64,000 nt of DNA, taken from positions 53,074,001-53,138,000 of the forward strand of contig NC_086097.1 in assembly GCF_963921235.1 (NCBI RefSeq), written 5' to 3'. This DNA is from Mobula hypostoma (taxonomy: Eukaryota). A program made the position numbers and the translations under genes. How positions within the stretch are numbered: position 1 is the stretch's first letter; each line of letters opens with the position of its first letter. Under the pieces are notes generated by a model, which was given only the letters and a program-made list of their open reading frames with translations, made no database searches and had not been told where the DNA came from. Below are positions 50,258 to 63,366 of the stretch, piece after piece.

Positions 50258-52339
50258 ATTTATTCTGCTGGATTCCAACAAATTTGCTAACTGTGATTCC
50301 TAAGTTCATACTTTCATATTGACTCTTAAATTTCATAAATTCATTTTGACTCTTCCCATTTTCTAAGCGTCTTGCTGCAACTTTGTTAATAATGGATTTC
50401 TGCAGTTTCCCTACCACTAATTTCAGGCTAACTGTCAGTAGTCCCTTGATTTCTCTGGGAATTTGAATCAGAGAGTTACACTGCAAAAGCCTTGCTGAAG
50501 TCTTTGTAAACAATTTCTACCACCCTGCCCTTGTCAATCAATTTTGTGATAAAGTATTTCCCATGCTTAATGCCATGCTGACTATCGGTAATCACACCTT
50601 GTCTTTCGAAATGCAGATAGATCCTATCTCACCATTAACTTTCCCATCACCTAGTGTTAGACTTGTTTTGTGAGAAAAGATTCTCAGACATAAAGTCAGT
50701 TCTTGTCTTTCGAAATATAGATAGATCCTACTTCACCACTAACTTTACCACCACTGGTGTTAGTCTCACCAGCATGTTGTTCCCTGGTTTATCTTTGCAG
50801 CTCTTTTTAAATAAAGACACAGCATGAGCCACCCTCCAGCCTTCTGATACCTCACCTGCTCTAACGATGGCACAAAAATCTCTAACAGGGCCTCAGCAAT
50901 TTCTTCCTTTATTTCCCGCAATGTTTTGCATGATACAGATCCTGTTCTTATCAATACCTTGGCACTCCTTTGCAGGATTTTGAATTATTCCCCACCCTCT
51001 GGATTACTACTTGTTACAACCCTTTATAAAGCTTTTCCTTTGATCAAATATCAGCCAATACAATGAACCTCGCCTTTGGAGGAGGGATTGTAAACTGTGA
51101 ATTTATTTTTGCAATGTTGTTCTGCAGGTTGTGGCACACTTATCCAAGGTGTGTAGCTTGCGCGATTTCAACAAGACTGATCTTCAAAATGATCAGCACA
51201 GTTGGGTAAGGCATTCTAAATCACAATAAGATTTTGTGAAATTTTATTTGAAATTCATCCTTTGATTGTCTGATGATAATTCTACAGCCATGGATCTTAT
51301 TACAGAACTGACAACTCTTGACAGAGAATTCTTCATCATTTTCACTTCCATCATTTTAGATCTACCTCTCTGTCCAGTGAAATAACAGTTTTTAAGACAT
51401 TTTCTGTTGCTATTTTGTGTGATTTTTGATCGGGGCAGACTGGCTCTGTGGCCTGAAGTTAACAAACGACACAGGGCTGGATTGAACTAAACTCAGCTGA
51501 ACTGAATTGGCCTCAACTGTAATGATGATTTTTGGTTTGGTGTTTTCTATTCCATGTTTTTTGCTAGTTTTTTGCCATTTGTGTGATTTGTTTTTTTTTG
51601 CACATTGGGGTTTTGATGTTTTTCTTTGATTTGATTCCATGGTCTTCTTTCTTTGTTTCGTGGCTGTCTGTGGGAAGACGAATTTCAGGGTTGTAAGCAG
51701 CATACATACTTTCATAATAAATCTACTTTGCGTCTTTGAATTCCATCACTTCAACACTTGCTGACTTATTCTCAGTTACTTTAGCCCTCACCTCCCTCAC
51801 AGTCATTCACTTGTTCATTCGTTTGGTCTTCAGTCCCTAAACCTTTGTGTGGTTCAGTGTCTAACTGTTCTTTCATATATTAAGCCTCTGGAACACTTTT
51901 GATGCGTCACTGCAGTAAGCACGCTTTATACATAGCTGCCGTTATCCTCTTTGAAAATCTATCAGCTGGACGCCAGATGGAAGTTAAGATTGTGTGGTCT
52001 TTAAGTTTCACTTTTTTTTTAACAGGATCAACTTGCGAAATACAGGTTTTTTTTAATTTGGGGAGTTATTCTGCAATACACCACAAGGTGGCAGTAGGTA
52101 ATAATATTACAGTATAGGAACAGTTACAACTTGAAATTGTAGCAAAGTTGCAAGATTTGCTTTTGTGATTTGGAAAAAAAGGTATTTAAGTATGAGTGAG
52201 GTGGCCCACTCAGGATCCAATGATTAAAAAAGTGGGAAAACATAACATTTTTCATGCCTAATTAATTGAAACATAACAGAGTAATGTTTAAAAGATTAGT
52301 GTTAGTAGTGGTTACAGCCCAGTCCCACCACAGAGCACA

Positions 52340-52821
52340 GCAATATGGAGTGCTGTCACAGGAAAACATCATCCCCACCATCTAGGCCACACTCTCTTTT
52401 CACTGCTGCCATCAGGAAGAAGATACAGGATGCTCAGAACCCACATCACCAGGTTCAGGAACAGTTATTACCCCTCAACAAACAGGCTTTTGAACGAGAG
52501 GGGATAACTTCACTCAACTTCAGTTGCCCTATCACTGAACTGTTCCCAAAACATATGGATTCACTTTCAAGGACATTTCATCTCACACTCTCGATATTTA
52601 TTGCTTATTTGTTTATTATTACTAGTAGTATTATTATTCCCTTTTACACAGTTTATTGTCTTTTACACATTGGTTGTTCATCCCAGTCAGGTCTGGTTGT
52701 TCACTGATTCTATTGTGTTTCTTGGATTTATTGTGATTGCCCAGAAGAAAATGAATCTTAGGATTGTACACGGTGACGTGTATGTACTTTGATAATACAG
52801 TAAATTTACTTTGAACTTTGA
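52340..52821 (+). mobile_element. Rex1/Babar-type LINE 3' end (a similar tail occurs at about 51400-51740)
   Basis: HP..HTLFSLLPSGRRYR...RFRNSYYP-type terminus and TTTACTTTGAACTTTGA tail. Confidence 0.6.
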
Positions 52822-53169
52822 GAAGAACCAACTGTAGATCACAGACAGTACCTCGTCTACTATGTGATAATATGTGGATATCATCTGAAATATCTCTGCT
52901 TCTTGAACCTCTGGACCGGGATTTGCTGGATGTCTTTTGTTTCCAGTGCCCTAAGTTTGGCAGTTTTCTCCTAAAGCCTCTCAATTTCTTTCCTTTTTTA
53001 ATATGCTCTTTGATTAATTAATAATCTTTGAGTAAAACAATTTTTGATACATTGATAGCACTATATAAATGCGAACCGTATTAATGTACATACAGGCTTT
53101 GTGTGTTTACAGCATTTACTGTTAAAGTTTACAGTGTGGATGGTGAAACTTACTGTGGTGTAAGCAGTA

Positions 53170-53420
53170 TCAGTGCAGTCTATCAATCTGTAGAGAGATT
53201 GTGCGATCACTCAAGTCGAGTGTGTTGTCTGTTGGTGGGACTTCTGGTGGCTGTAGAGGCCAGCCTGGGATCCACAAACTCTGGCGCAGTGTGGGCAAGA
53301 GTAAGTGCTGGCTGTGCTCAGCGGCTGGTTGTTCAGTCTGTCCTTTCGCAGCTGCCACTTGTTCCCTGTGGCACAGCAGAGGTTTTTCTCATGTAATGCA
53401 GCTCCCTCCTGTACAGGTTT
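53170..53420 (-). mobile_element. RTE-clade LINE 3' terminal fragment
   Basis: KWQLRKDRL...YSCPHCARVCGSQAGLYSHQKSH, the C-terminal C2H2-like motif typical of RTE ORF2. Confidence 0.65.
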
Positions 53421-56066
53421 CTGTATTGATCTGTAATGAGAGGGGATCCAGCGGTTGTAAGTGGTTGGTTCTTTGTGCTGGTCCATTGCACGTTGGACAG
53501 ATGCAAATGTCCTGAAGCATTGAATTGCCAACAGTAAAAGCAGTCTAAACTTTATGAACAATTCCTTATCCTGTAAAAGCTTTTCTATTCCTCTGCATTT
53601 CCCAGCATAATCTGCAACTAGTGAGGTAAGAAAATACATCTCAGAAGAGTTAGATAACAAAGACAGCAAGTAGCCTGCCTAGGAATTGTCTTCAAAAGGT
53701 CCAGAGCTAAGTTGCCTTTGCATCTCTGGGTTGGGGACGGGTGGGGGAGAGGAAACATCAATAAATCTCTTGCACCTCAATGTTTGGCACAGGACAGTTA
53801 GATATCACTGATTGCAGAGCCGATCCATGCCCTAGTCTACACTCATCTTTGAAGAATGCCCAGTTGGATATAGCAGTAGAAAGCATCTGAGGCGTCCAAG
53901 AATTACACTTGTAATTCAATGCCTTCAGGAAACAAGGAAACAATTGGTGGAAAGGTGACAACTTCCCTCTCCTCACATATCAGCCTCTCAACCAACAACA
54001 CTCAAGTTAAATGCAATTTTTTTTTTGCATTTAGCTCTTAGAAAAGTTGAATGATGCTTTAGATACTTACTTCACAAATAAAATTCAATGGGATGGTTGT
54101 GCAAAGATGAACTGCCCTTTCAACATTTAGTTCCAAGTATCTACTTAAATATTTTTAACATCAGTTCCAGAAACAAATTATGAATGGCCCTCTGTAAAAT
54201 GCTGAATCTCATTTGCTGAAGGGAATGGCTGTAGCTGGCTGCTGAATTAATTCTTTAAATTGGTTTTGCATGAGTGAAGGTTTTGTACGTTCTGTGAAAT
54301 TTGTCGTAGAGGCAAAGCAAACTATGGGAATAAAACAAGTACTGTGGAACATTTCTTCTTGTTTTAGTTTGACACATTTCAGGCTCATTTTTCATCTCTG
54401 AGCTTTTATCTCAGCCTATGACTTTAAAAATGGCTTAAGGCAAAATGATGTTTTTTATAATTACAGGCAACAGGTAGGTAGACCATGACAGGCCACAGCA
54501 AAAATGACTCAAAACTGTACGTCAAAGAGAGACCGGGGCTGGGATGGAGTGACTAATAGGTCATTTAAGTGATTGTGAATAGCAATCCTCTTCTTTAATT
54601 GTTTAGAGCATTAGTTCAGAATGAGTCAAACATCTACTATGTTAAAATTAAAAAGACACCCTGCAATTGTTCAAAATATTTGATTTCAATTGATTATTTC
54701 TCAGCATTGTCCTCTGTCTGCCAAGTATTCTGCAAGATCTGCTGTTTTCTACTCCTTCCCACCGTGACCGTGGAAAAAAAGAACTCAGTGGTGCTCAGAT
54801 TGCCCAGTAGGTGGGGCACTTTCAAATTATTTGGCTGTAGACGTCATTGGAACCAATGTCTAGTGAAATATAATTACGCAGGAGTCAGCTGAGTGAGTAA
54901 TATGCAAGAATTTGACAAAACTGAAAACACAAGAAGTTATATTCAAATAACTACTCTATGTATATTAATTCAAAGAAGATGACCTTAGGAACATCATTGC
55001 TCAGGGGACTAAGGTTAAACCAAGCTCTTAATGGATGGGATGAAAGACTAATCCCTTTGATTAATTTTTGGATGCTGCAGAAGTCAGTATGAAGCAAATT
55101 CAATTTAGTTCCCTGTTGAGATGGTTTTACAACAGAACACACTGCTGATTTTTGGCCAGCATTGGCAATGTTGTTCAAAAGCCAAAATAATGCATTGTGC
55201 TGAAAATTAAAAATCACTGTACAGCACAGCGGGAGGTAGGCAGGGAGAAAACAAATAGCAAATTTCTGCATTTATACTCTACTTTTCATGTAGTTAACCA
55301 ACTCAAGGCATTGCACAGGGATAATCTCAGACAAAAATCCAATGTCAAGCTACAATACAAGATGTCAGGACACATGAGCAAATCTTTGGCCTGAGGTGTT
55401 AGTTTTTGGGAGTGTCCTGAAACAAGAACAGAGATGTATCCAAAACAGAGTAAAAAACACAAAAAGAGTATTGTACAAAAAAGGGAAGGGGGGGGATGAA
55501 GTGATACATATTGAAAGCTATCAAAGCTTTCAATCGATCAGTTATTCTACATCAGCGATTCAAGAGTCTGTAAAAAAGAAGCTGCTGGAGCAACTCACAG
55601 GTCAGGCAGGATCTGCAGAGGCAGAGAAATGGTCAAATTTTGTTTCAAGAACATTCATAATCCCTCTGTCTCTGCAGATGAGTTCTTGAAGCACTTTGCC
55701 TTTTTGCTTCAGTGCTTTTACACCCTTCCATCACTAAATCAACATAAATATCAACAATAAATAATTCCATCTTTCTTCAACATGCCAGGAAAACGTAGCA
55801 TATGCTAAATATAAGATTAGATGCACTTGTCGCTATAGATGGTTACTGCATGCTGTAGACTGCATTTCTGCTTTATTGAATTAAGAATGCTTAGCAGTAA
55901 ACAAACTATTTAAACATACTTTGTAATGTTAAAATTTAAACAGCATTTTAAAATAAATACACTATGAACTGTGAAAGATATGCAAATATAAATTGAGTCA
56001 AATTCATTGTCCACTTGGGATGGACGATGAAGGCAATGGGGCACCTATCATAGGGGGGGGTAGTGA

Positions 56067-56133
56067 CAGAGAGGAGGAGAGGGGGAGAGGGGGAGAGGGA
56101 GAGAGAGAGGGAGAGAGAGAGAAAGAGAGAGGG
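56067..56133. repeat. Polypurine (GA/GGA)-rich simple repeat
   Basis: Uninterrupted purine run agagaggaggagagggggagaggg...gagagaggga. Confidence 0.85.
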
Positions 56134-57079
56134 ATAAGTGACATGGACAAAGTGCAGAATGTGAGACAGGCATAATTGAGAGCTCCTCAATCACAACACT
56201 GGACATTGGATCATTTAAAACAATCACATTTGTGAATGTGGAGAGAATTTGGACTAAGCAAAAAATCCTGAAGTTTTTTAATCCTACCTCTGGTGTGAAA
56301 GTAACAGCTGAGAACAACATTACACCAGACTACCCAATGGCTGGCTTGTTAAAAATCACAGATACTTATCAGCAGTACCCGTGACACTGTCAAAGTCCCA
56401 AACAATAGCTCTTTGACATGTCTAAAGTCTGTTATTATTTAAAACACATTAATGTTAGATCAATGGCCAAACACTGGCAGATGGTCACCCAGTCACTGTA
56501 TCACAAGCAAATTGAGCTAATGTAGATTGACAGACCAGCAACCACTGAAGCTGAGGAACTTTTCTCCTTCAATAGTCATAGACCGCTTCCTCCTCTAAAA
56601 CCAGATAAAACATTTATTTCGGTATTATGTCACAAGATGACCAGCCAATGTGTAAGCGAAAAACTGTGAAATTGAAATTTCTTTAATTATCTGGAATTAG
56701 AAATGATAACAAAACTAGCAAGTCAGTTGGTTCACTGATGCCTTTTAAAGAAGAAATTTGCCATCCTGACAAAGTCTGACCTCAGACCCTCCAGTATGGT
56801 TGATTCTAAAATGCCTAAAGCAAGTCACTCTGTGGTAACAAAACCGCAACAAAAACACAGAAAGAATTCAAAGGAGCATCAGCATTGACCAAGGTGCTAA
56901 CTTTTGGTATTGCTCCCATAAATATGCAGTGACTGATGTCGAAATCAGACTAGCTGTCCCACAAACTAATTTATCAAAGTCAACAATGTCACACTACATG
57001 CCAGATTCCTCCTGAGGTACCTTTGGTCTTACGGCAGGCCATACCCACAGATGTCCTGTATATCCAAACCCACGGTAGG

Positions 57080-57880
57080 ACACTTAACAGCAATAATGTG
57101 CAGAGGGATCTGGAAGTACAAGTTAACAGCTTCCTAAAAATGGCAATATGAGTAGATAGATCGGAAGAGAAGGCATATTAACATGCTTGTCTTCATCACT
57201 ATGTGTGGACTATAATACTCAGGAAGGCGTGAATAAGTTGTATAAAACTTTGGTTAGGCTGCACTTGGAGTATAGCGTGCAGTTCTTGTTGCACTATTAC
57301 AAGAAGGAAGAGGAGGCTTTGGAGAAGGCTCAGAAGAGGTTTATCAGGACGCTGCTGGGTTAGAGGATGTGTGCTATAAGCAGAGGTTGGACAAGCGTTC
57401 TGTGGAGTGGAGGCTGAGGTGAGACCTAATAGAAATTCACAAAATTATAAGAGGCACAGGTAGGGCAGACAGTCAGAAACTCTCAGGAGATTGATATTTT
57501 GAATTATTACATTTGGAGTTTCTTGCACAAGCAATATCACCTGTTTGTGGTGGTTTAGGAATATTTGAGTAAGAATTATTCAAGAACTTGTCTAGAGTTT
57601 TATTTTGACATGAACTACAAAAGTCAAAACTATAGGTACAGAGGAGATGTCAGGTAAGTTTTTTTTACGTAGAGAGTGGTGAGTGCGTGGAATGGGCTGC
57701 TGGTGACAGTGGTGGAGGCGGATACGATAGGGTCTTTTAAGAGACTCCTGGACAGGTACATGGAGCTCAGAAAAATAGAGGGCTATGGTAAGCCTAGGTA
57801 GTTTCTAAGGTAGGGACATGTTCGGCACAGCTTTGTGGGCCGAAGGGCTTCTATTGTACTGTAGATTTTCTATGTTTCTA
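57080..57880 (+). mobile_element. Decayed CR1 fragments
   Basis: Degenerate LYKTLVRLHLEY...QKRFIR motifs and a CR1 3' UTR ending TTTTCTATGTTTCTA. Confidence 0.7.
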
Positions 57881-59335
57881 AATTATTTCCTCTATTAAAA
57901 CCTTGAGTCTCCAGGTTGACAGTGTTTTCTAATCACTGAGGTACATTACGAAAACTGGCTTTAATTGGAAAATTTCATGAGTTGGCAAACAAAAGAATTG
58001 TGGCATTTTATGATTTTTTGATATACACACACACCAGAAGAGTGGCTGGACACCCTTCAGAACTCCAAGTTAATGACGACTACGACTCAAACACTGTGGC
58101 TTTGCTGCTGAGGGTATGGCCTGAATTGTGTTCTCACTGATGTAGTCACCAGAGCCAAGTTTTGGTTTAAGAGTGCAACAGTTCTCATCTTGCTGGCATC
58201 AAGTCTTCCAATTTTAGAAAAAGCAACAACACAAGATATTAAATAGTACAAATGTAATGCTCAAAAAGCTCTTGGATATAAAGTAGATGTCAAGAAAACT
58301 AACTATTTCTTAAAGAGTTAAACAGGGTGGATGAAAAATTGATATTTTCCCCACAAGGGATGACTCAAAATTAATTCCAAAATTATCTTGAAAATCGTGA
58401 CCATGAGTCACAACCTCAAAATAAGGGATGGATCATTCAGGACTAAGGTGAAAAGAAATTCTTTCCTCTTGAGGGTTGTAAATCTATGGAAATTACTACA
58501 AAGAGAACTGTGGAGAGCCAGTTTATGGATATTTTCAAAGTGTTTAGGTATCAGAATTAGGCTTATCATCACTAACGTATGATTTGTTGTCTTGTAGCAG
58601 CAGTTTAGCGCAAAGACATAAAACTATAAATTACAAAAATAACAGTTACTTCCCACAAGCTGCCAGCCTGACCATCTTCACCCGTTAACCCACCCCACCA
58701 CCCTTCACTAGCACTACATACACATCACCTACCGCCATTCCAAGTTCAAGTTTATTGTCAGTCAATAGGAGAAATGTATACCGCCAAGTGATACAACGTT
58801 CCTCCGGATCAAGGTGTACAACACAATAAATGTAATTCACACACAACACCTCTGGGAGGGTGGAAGAGAGACTCCAATGATCCTCTCAGCAGCCCTTGCA
58901 ATCCTTGATAGGGGCATATGGTCAGGTGCTTTGCATTCCCGTTCCAGATGGTGACACAGCTGGTCAGGACACTCTCAACGGTGCCCCTTTAAAAATTGAA
59001 TGGGGTGGGGCATTATTCCCCCTAAGCTGCACGGCCACACGGTAACTGAAATGCACACAGCCTTTGTTGCTGTGCATTTTGGGAGTGCAGGTAACGGACA
59101 ACATCACTTGGTCCTTCAAGAAAGCACAGCAGCATCTCCACTTCCTGAGGAGATGGAGGCAAGCGAGGCCTCCCCCCCCCCGCTCAACATTCCCTCTAAT
59201 TTTTCTTCACAACTGTGTGGACCAACCATTGCTCTGAATAGGAAATTTTTACACAGACTGAGTTTTCATTTATGTAATGTTAATACAATTTTGAAATTAT
59301 GCTGATATAATTTTGAAACCTACTGTAGGTTAATT

Positions 59336-61877
59336 TAAGCAATGCACATAAAATGCTGAAGGAATTCAGCAGGCCAGGCAGCATCTATGTTAAAGAGCAC
59401 AGCCGATGTTTTGGGCCAAAACCCTTCATCAGGACTGGAGAAAAAAAGGTGAGGAGTCAGGGCTAGAAGGTGGGGGGAGTGAAGGAAGAAACACAAGGTG
59501 AGAGGTGAAACTGGGAAGGGAGGCAGGGCTGAAGTAAATATCTGGGAAATTGATTGATGAAAGAGATACAGGGCTAGAGAAGGGAGAATCTGATTGGAGA
59601 GGACAGAAGACCATGGAAGAAAGAAAAGGGGGAAGAGCACCAGAAGGAGGTGATGGGCAGGTAAGGAGATAAGGTGAGAGAGGAAAAAGGGAATGGGGAA
59701 TAGTGAAGAGGGTGGCATAACCAGAATTTTAAGAAATTGATGTTCATGCCCTCAGGTTGGAGGCTACACAGACAGAATATAAGGTGTTGTTCCTCCAACC
59801 TGAGTGTGGCCTTATCGTTCAATAGAGAAGCCGTGGACTGACATGTTGGAATGGGAATGAGAATGAAAAGTAGAATTGAAATGGTTGGCGTCCAGGAGAT
59901 CCCACTTTTTCTGGCGGATGGAGCATAGGTGCTCGGTGAAGCAGTCTCCCAATCTACATCGGGTCTCACTGATGTGCAGGAGGCAGCACTGGATACAGTA
60001 GATGACCCCAACAAACTTGCAGGTGAAGTGTCACCTCACCTGAAAGGACTGTTTGCGGCCCTGAATGGTAGTGAGAGGGGAGGTGTAGGGGCAGGTGTAG
60101 CACTTGTTCCACTTGCAAGAACAAGTATCAGGAGGGAGATCAGTGAGGAGGGACAAATGGACAAGGGGGTTGTGTAGGGAGTGATCCCTGCAGAAAGTGG
60201 AAAGAGAAGGGAAGGGAAAGATGTGCTTGATTATGGAATCCCGTTGGAGATGGTGAACGTTACAGATAATTATGTGCTGGACACGGAGGCTGGTGGGGTG
60301 GCAGGTGAGGTCAAGAGGAACCCTATCCCTGGTGGGGTGGCGGAAGGATGGGGTGAGGGCAGACGTGCGTGAAATGGGCAAGATGCGGGTGAAGGCAGCA
60401 TTGATGGTGGAGGAAGGAAAGCCCCTTTCTTTGAAGAAGGAGGACATCTCATTAGTTCTGGAATGAAAAGCCTCAGTTCTCTCAGGAACTGAGAGAAGGG
60501 GATGGCATTTTACAAGTGACAAGATGGGAAGGGGATACAAATGAGAGGGTGGGAAGAGAATTGGGAGACTGCTTCACCAACCCCTATGCTCCATCCACCA
60601 GAAAAAGCGAGATCTTTCAGTGGCCACCCATTTCAATTCTCCTTCCCACTCCCATTTCAACATGTCTATCCACGGCCTTCTCTACTGCCGCGATGAGGCC
60701 ACACTCAGGTTGGAGGAGCCACACCTTATATTCCATCTGGGTAGCCTCGACTGAATTGACTTTATTACTTACATCCTTCAAATACATGAGGAGTAAAATT
60801 CTTTATGTTATGTCTCCATTCAAATGTGCAATATGCAATTAAGGTAATTTATAATAAATATTATGCACAACAGGGTAGTCAACGTAAATAACATAGAATT
60901 AAGTGGTCTGATGGCCCAGTGGAAGAAGCTGTCCCGGAGCCTGTTAGCCCTGGCTTTTATGCTGTGGTACCGTTTCCTGGATGGTAGCAGCTGGAACAGT
61001 TTGTAATTGGGGTGACTCTGGTCTCCAATGATCCTTCAGGCCCTTTTTACACACCTGCCTTTGTAAATGTCCTGAATAGTGGGAAGTTCACATCTACAGA
61101 TGCGCTGGGCTGTCCGCACCACTCTCTGCAGAGTCCTGTGATTGAGTGAAGTACAGTTCCCGTACCAGGCAGTGATGCAGCCAGTCAGGATGCTCTCTAC
61201 TGTGCCCCTATAGAAAGTTCTTAGAATCTGGGGAGCAAACAAAACTTCTTTAACCGTCTGTGGTGAAAGAGGCGCTGATGTGCCTTTTTCACCACACATC
61301 CAGTATGTACAGACACCGTGAGATCCTTGGTGATGTTTATGCCGAGGAATTTAAAGCTGTTCATCCTCTCAATTGATATCAATAGGGGTTATCCCATCTC
61401 CATTCCTACTGTAGTCCACAACCAGCTCCTTAGTTTTTGCAATGTTGAGGGAAAGGTTGTTTTCTTGACACCAGTGTGTCTGGGTGAAGACTTCTGCTCT
61501 GTAGGTTTGATTTCTCAAACTCCCGGTAATTTTCACAACCCCCCTTCACCATTCCCCATTCCCATTTCCCTCTCTCACCTTACCTGCCCATCACCTCCAA
61601 ATGGTGCTCTTCCCCCTTTATCAGATTCCCCCTTCTCCAGCCCTTTATCTCTTTCACCAATCAACTTCCTTGGTCTTTACTTCATCCATCCCCCTCTCCC
61701 AGTTTCACCTAACACCTACCACCTTGTACCTCTTCCTCTACTCTCTCCACCTTCTTGCTCTGACTTCTCAACTTTTTTACCAGTACCAATGAAGGGTCTC
61801 GGCCTGAAACATCAACTGTTTACTCTTTTCCATAGACGATGCCTGGCCTTCTGAGTTCCTCTAGCATTTTGTTTATG
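59336..61877. mobile_element. Palindromic Penelope-like insertion (- arm 59336-60520, + arm 60540-60750 and 61505-61877)
   Basis: The - arm has RT C-terminus and GIY-YIG remnants. pLTRs with degenerate hammerheads sit at both ends. A degenerate flanking direct repeat (24/30) occurs at 59298-59327 and 61878-61907. Confidence 0.8.
60750..61500 (-). mobile_element. Rex1/Babar-type LINE fragment nested in the PLE
   Basis: ILRTFYRGTVESILTGCITAWYGNC...LQRVVRTAQRI with an AATAAAGTCAATTCAGTC tail. Confidence 0.8.
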
Positions 61878-61950
61878 TATGCTAATATAATTATGAAATA
61901 CCCTGTAATTCACTGTGTATTAATGAATATAATTGATAGATTTTATAAAT

Positions 61951-62030
61951 CAGGGTTTCCCAACCTTTTTTTTGCCATGGACCCCTACTATTAACTGAGG
62001 AGTCCATGGATCCCTGATTAAGAACCCCTG
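61951..62030. mobile_element. hAT MITE (80 bp), same family as 28808-28880
   Basis: TIRs CAGGGTTTCCCAACC / GATTAAGAACCCCTG and TSD TTATAAAT/TTCTAAAT. Confidence 0.72.
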
Positions 62031-62254
62031 TTCTAAATAAAAAACATACCACAACCTTTACTTCGAAACATTTTAGAGATTAAACGTATTTATATTGTCA
62101 GTGTTTCAAATTACAACACTGTTACAAATTGTAACAATAAACACAGAACGGAAGTCGGTCGGGCTTGGCAATACCACTTATTGGAGTGACAAAGAGAAAG
62201 GTCTATTTGTATCCATAGGATCTGATGTCAATATTGCCCCTATTATTGGATTCA

Positions 62255-63366
62255 TTCAAGTCAAGTCAAGTTTATTGTCATTTCGACCATCAGCTGCTGG
62301 TACAGTACACAGTAAAAATGAAACAACGTTCCTCCAGGACCATGGTACTACATGAAACAACACAAAACTACACTAGACTATGTGAGACAGCACAAGGCTA
62401 CACTAGACCATGTAAAACAACATAAAAACTGCACTAGACTACAGACCTGCACAGGACTACATAAAGTGCACAAACAGTGAAGGGCAGTACAATAATTAAT
62501 AAACAAGACAATAGGCACAGTAGAGGACAAATTACAATATAATAATAAATTATGTAGATGTCAGTCTAGACTCTGAGTATTGAGGAGTCTGATGGCTTGG
62601 GGGAAGAAACTGTTGCACAGTCTGGTCGTGAGAGCCCGAATGCTTCAGTACCTTTTGCCAGATGGCAGGAGGGAGAAGAGTTTGTGTGAGGGGTGCGTGG
62701 AGTCCTTCATAATACTGTTAACTTTGCGGGTGCTGTGTGTGGTGTAGATGTCTGTAATAGCGGGAAGAGAGACCCCAATGATCTTCTCAGCTGACCTCAC
62801 TATTCGCTGAAGGGTCTTGCGATCCGAGACAGTACAATTCCCGAACCAGGCAGTGATGCAGCTGCTCAGGATGCTCTCAATACATCCTCTGTAGAATGTG
62901 GTGAGGTTGGGGGTTGGGAGATGGACTTTTCTCAGCCTTCGCAGAAAGTAGAGATGCTTCTGGGCTTTCTTGGCTATGGAGCTGGTGTTGAGGGACCAGG
63001 TGAGATTCTCTGCCAGGTGAACACCAAGAAATTTGGTGCTCTTAACGATTTTAACGGAGGATCCGTCAATGTTCAGCGGAGAGTGGTCGCTCCGTGCTCT
63101 CCTGAAGTCAACAACCATCTCTTTTGTTTTGGTCACATTCAGAGACAGGTTGTGGACTCTGCATCAGTCTGTTAGCCGCTGCACCTCCTCTCTGTATGCT
63201 GACTCGTCGTTCTTGCTGATGAGACCCACCACGGTCGTGTCATCGCGAACTTGATGATGTGATTCGAGCTGTGTATTGCTGCACAATCGTGGGTCAGCAG
63301 AGTGAACAGCAGTGGACTGAACATACAGCCCTGGGGGGCCCCCATGCTCAGTGTGATGGTGTTGGA
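62255..63366 (-). mobile_element. 5'-truncated Rex1/Babar-type LINE
   Basis: [41 protein letters not shown] motifs. (CTTGA)n tail and possible TSD GATTCA (62249-62254 and 63367-63372). Confidence 0.85.

Noticed and set aside
50598..50766. 65-bp tandem duplication as a functional repeat
   Set aside because: It lies within a decayed antisense CR1 remnant and looks like a neutral local duplication.
53211..53669. C2H2 zinc-finger host gene
   Set aside because: A single CPHC...H...H motif in RTE-LINE C-terminal context, with no linker or finger array.
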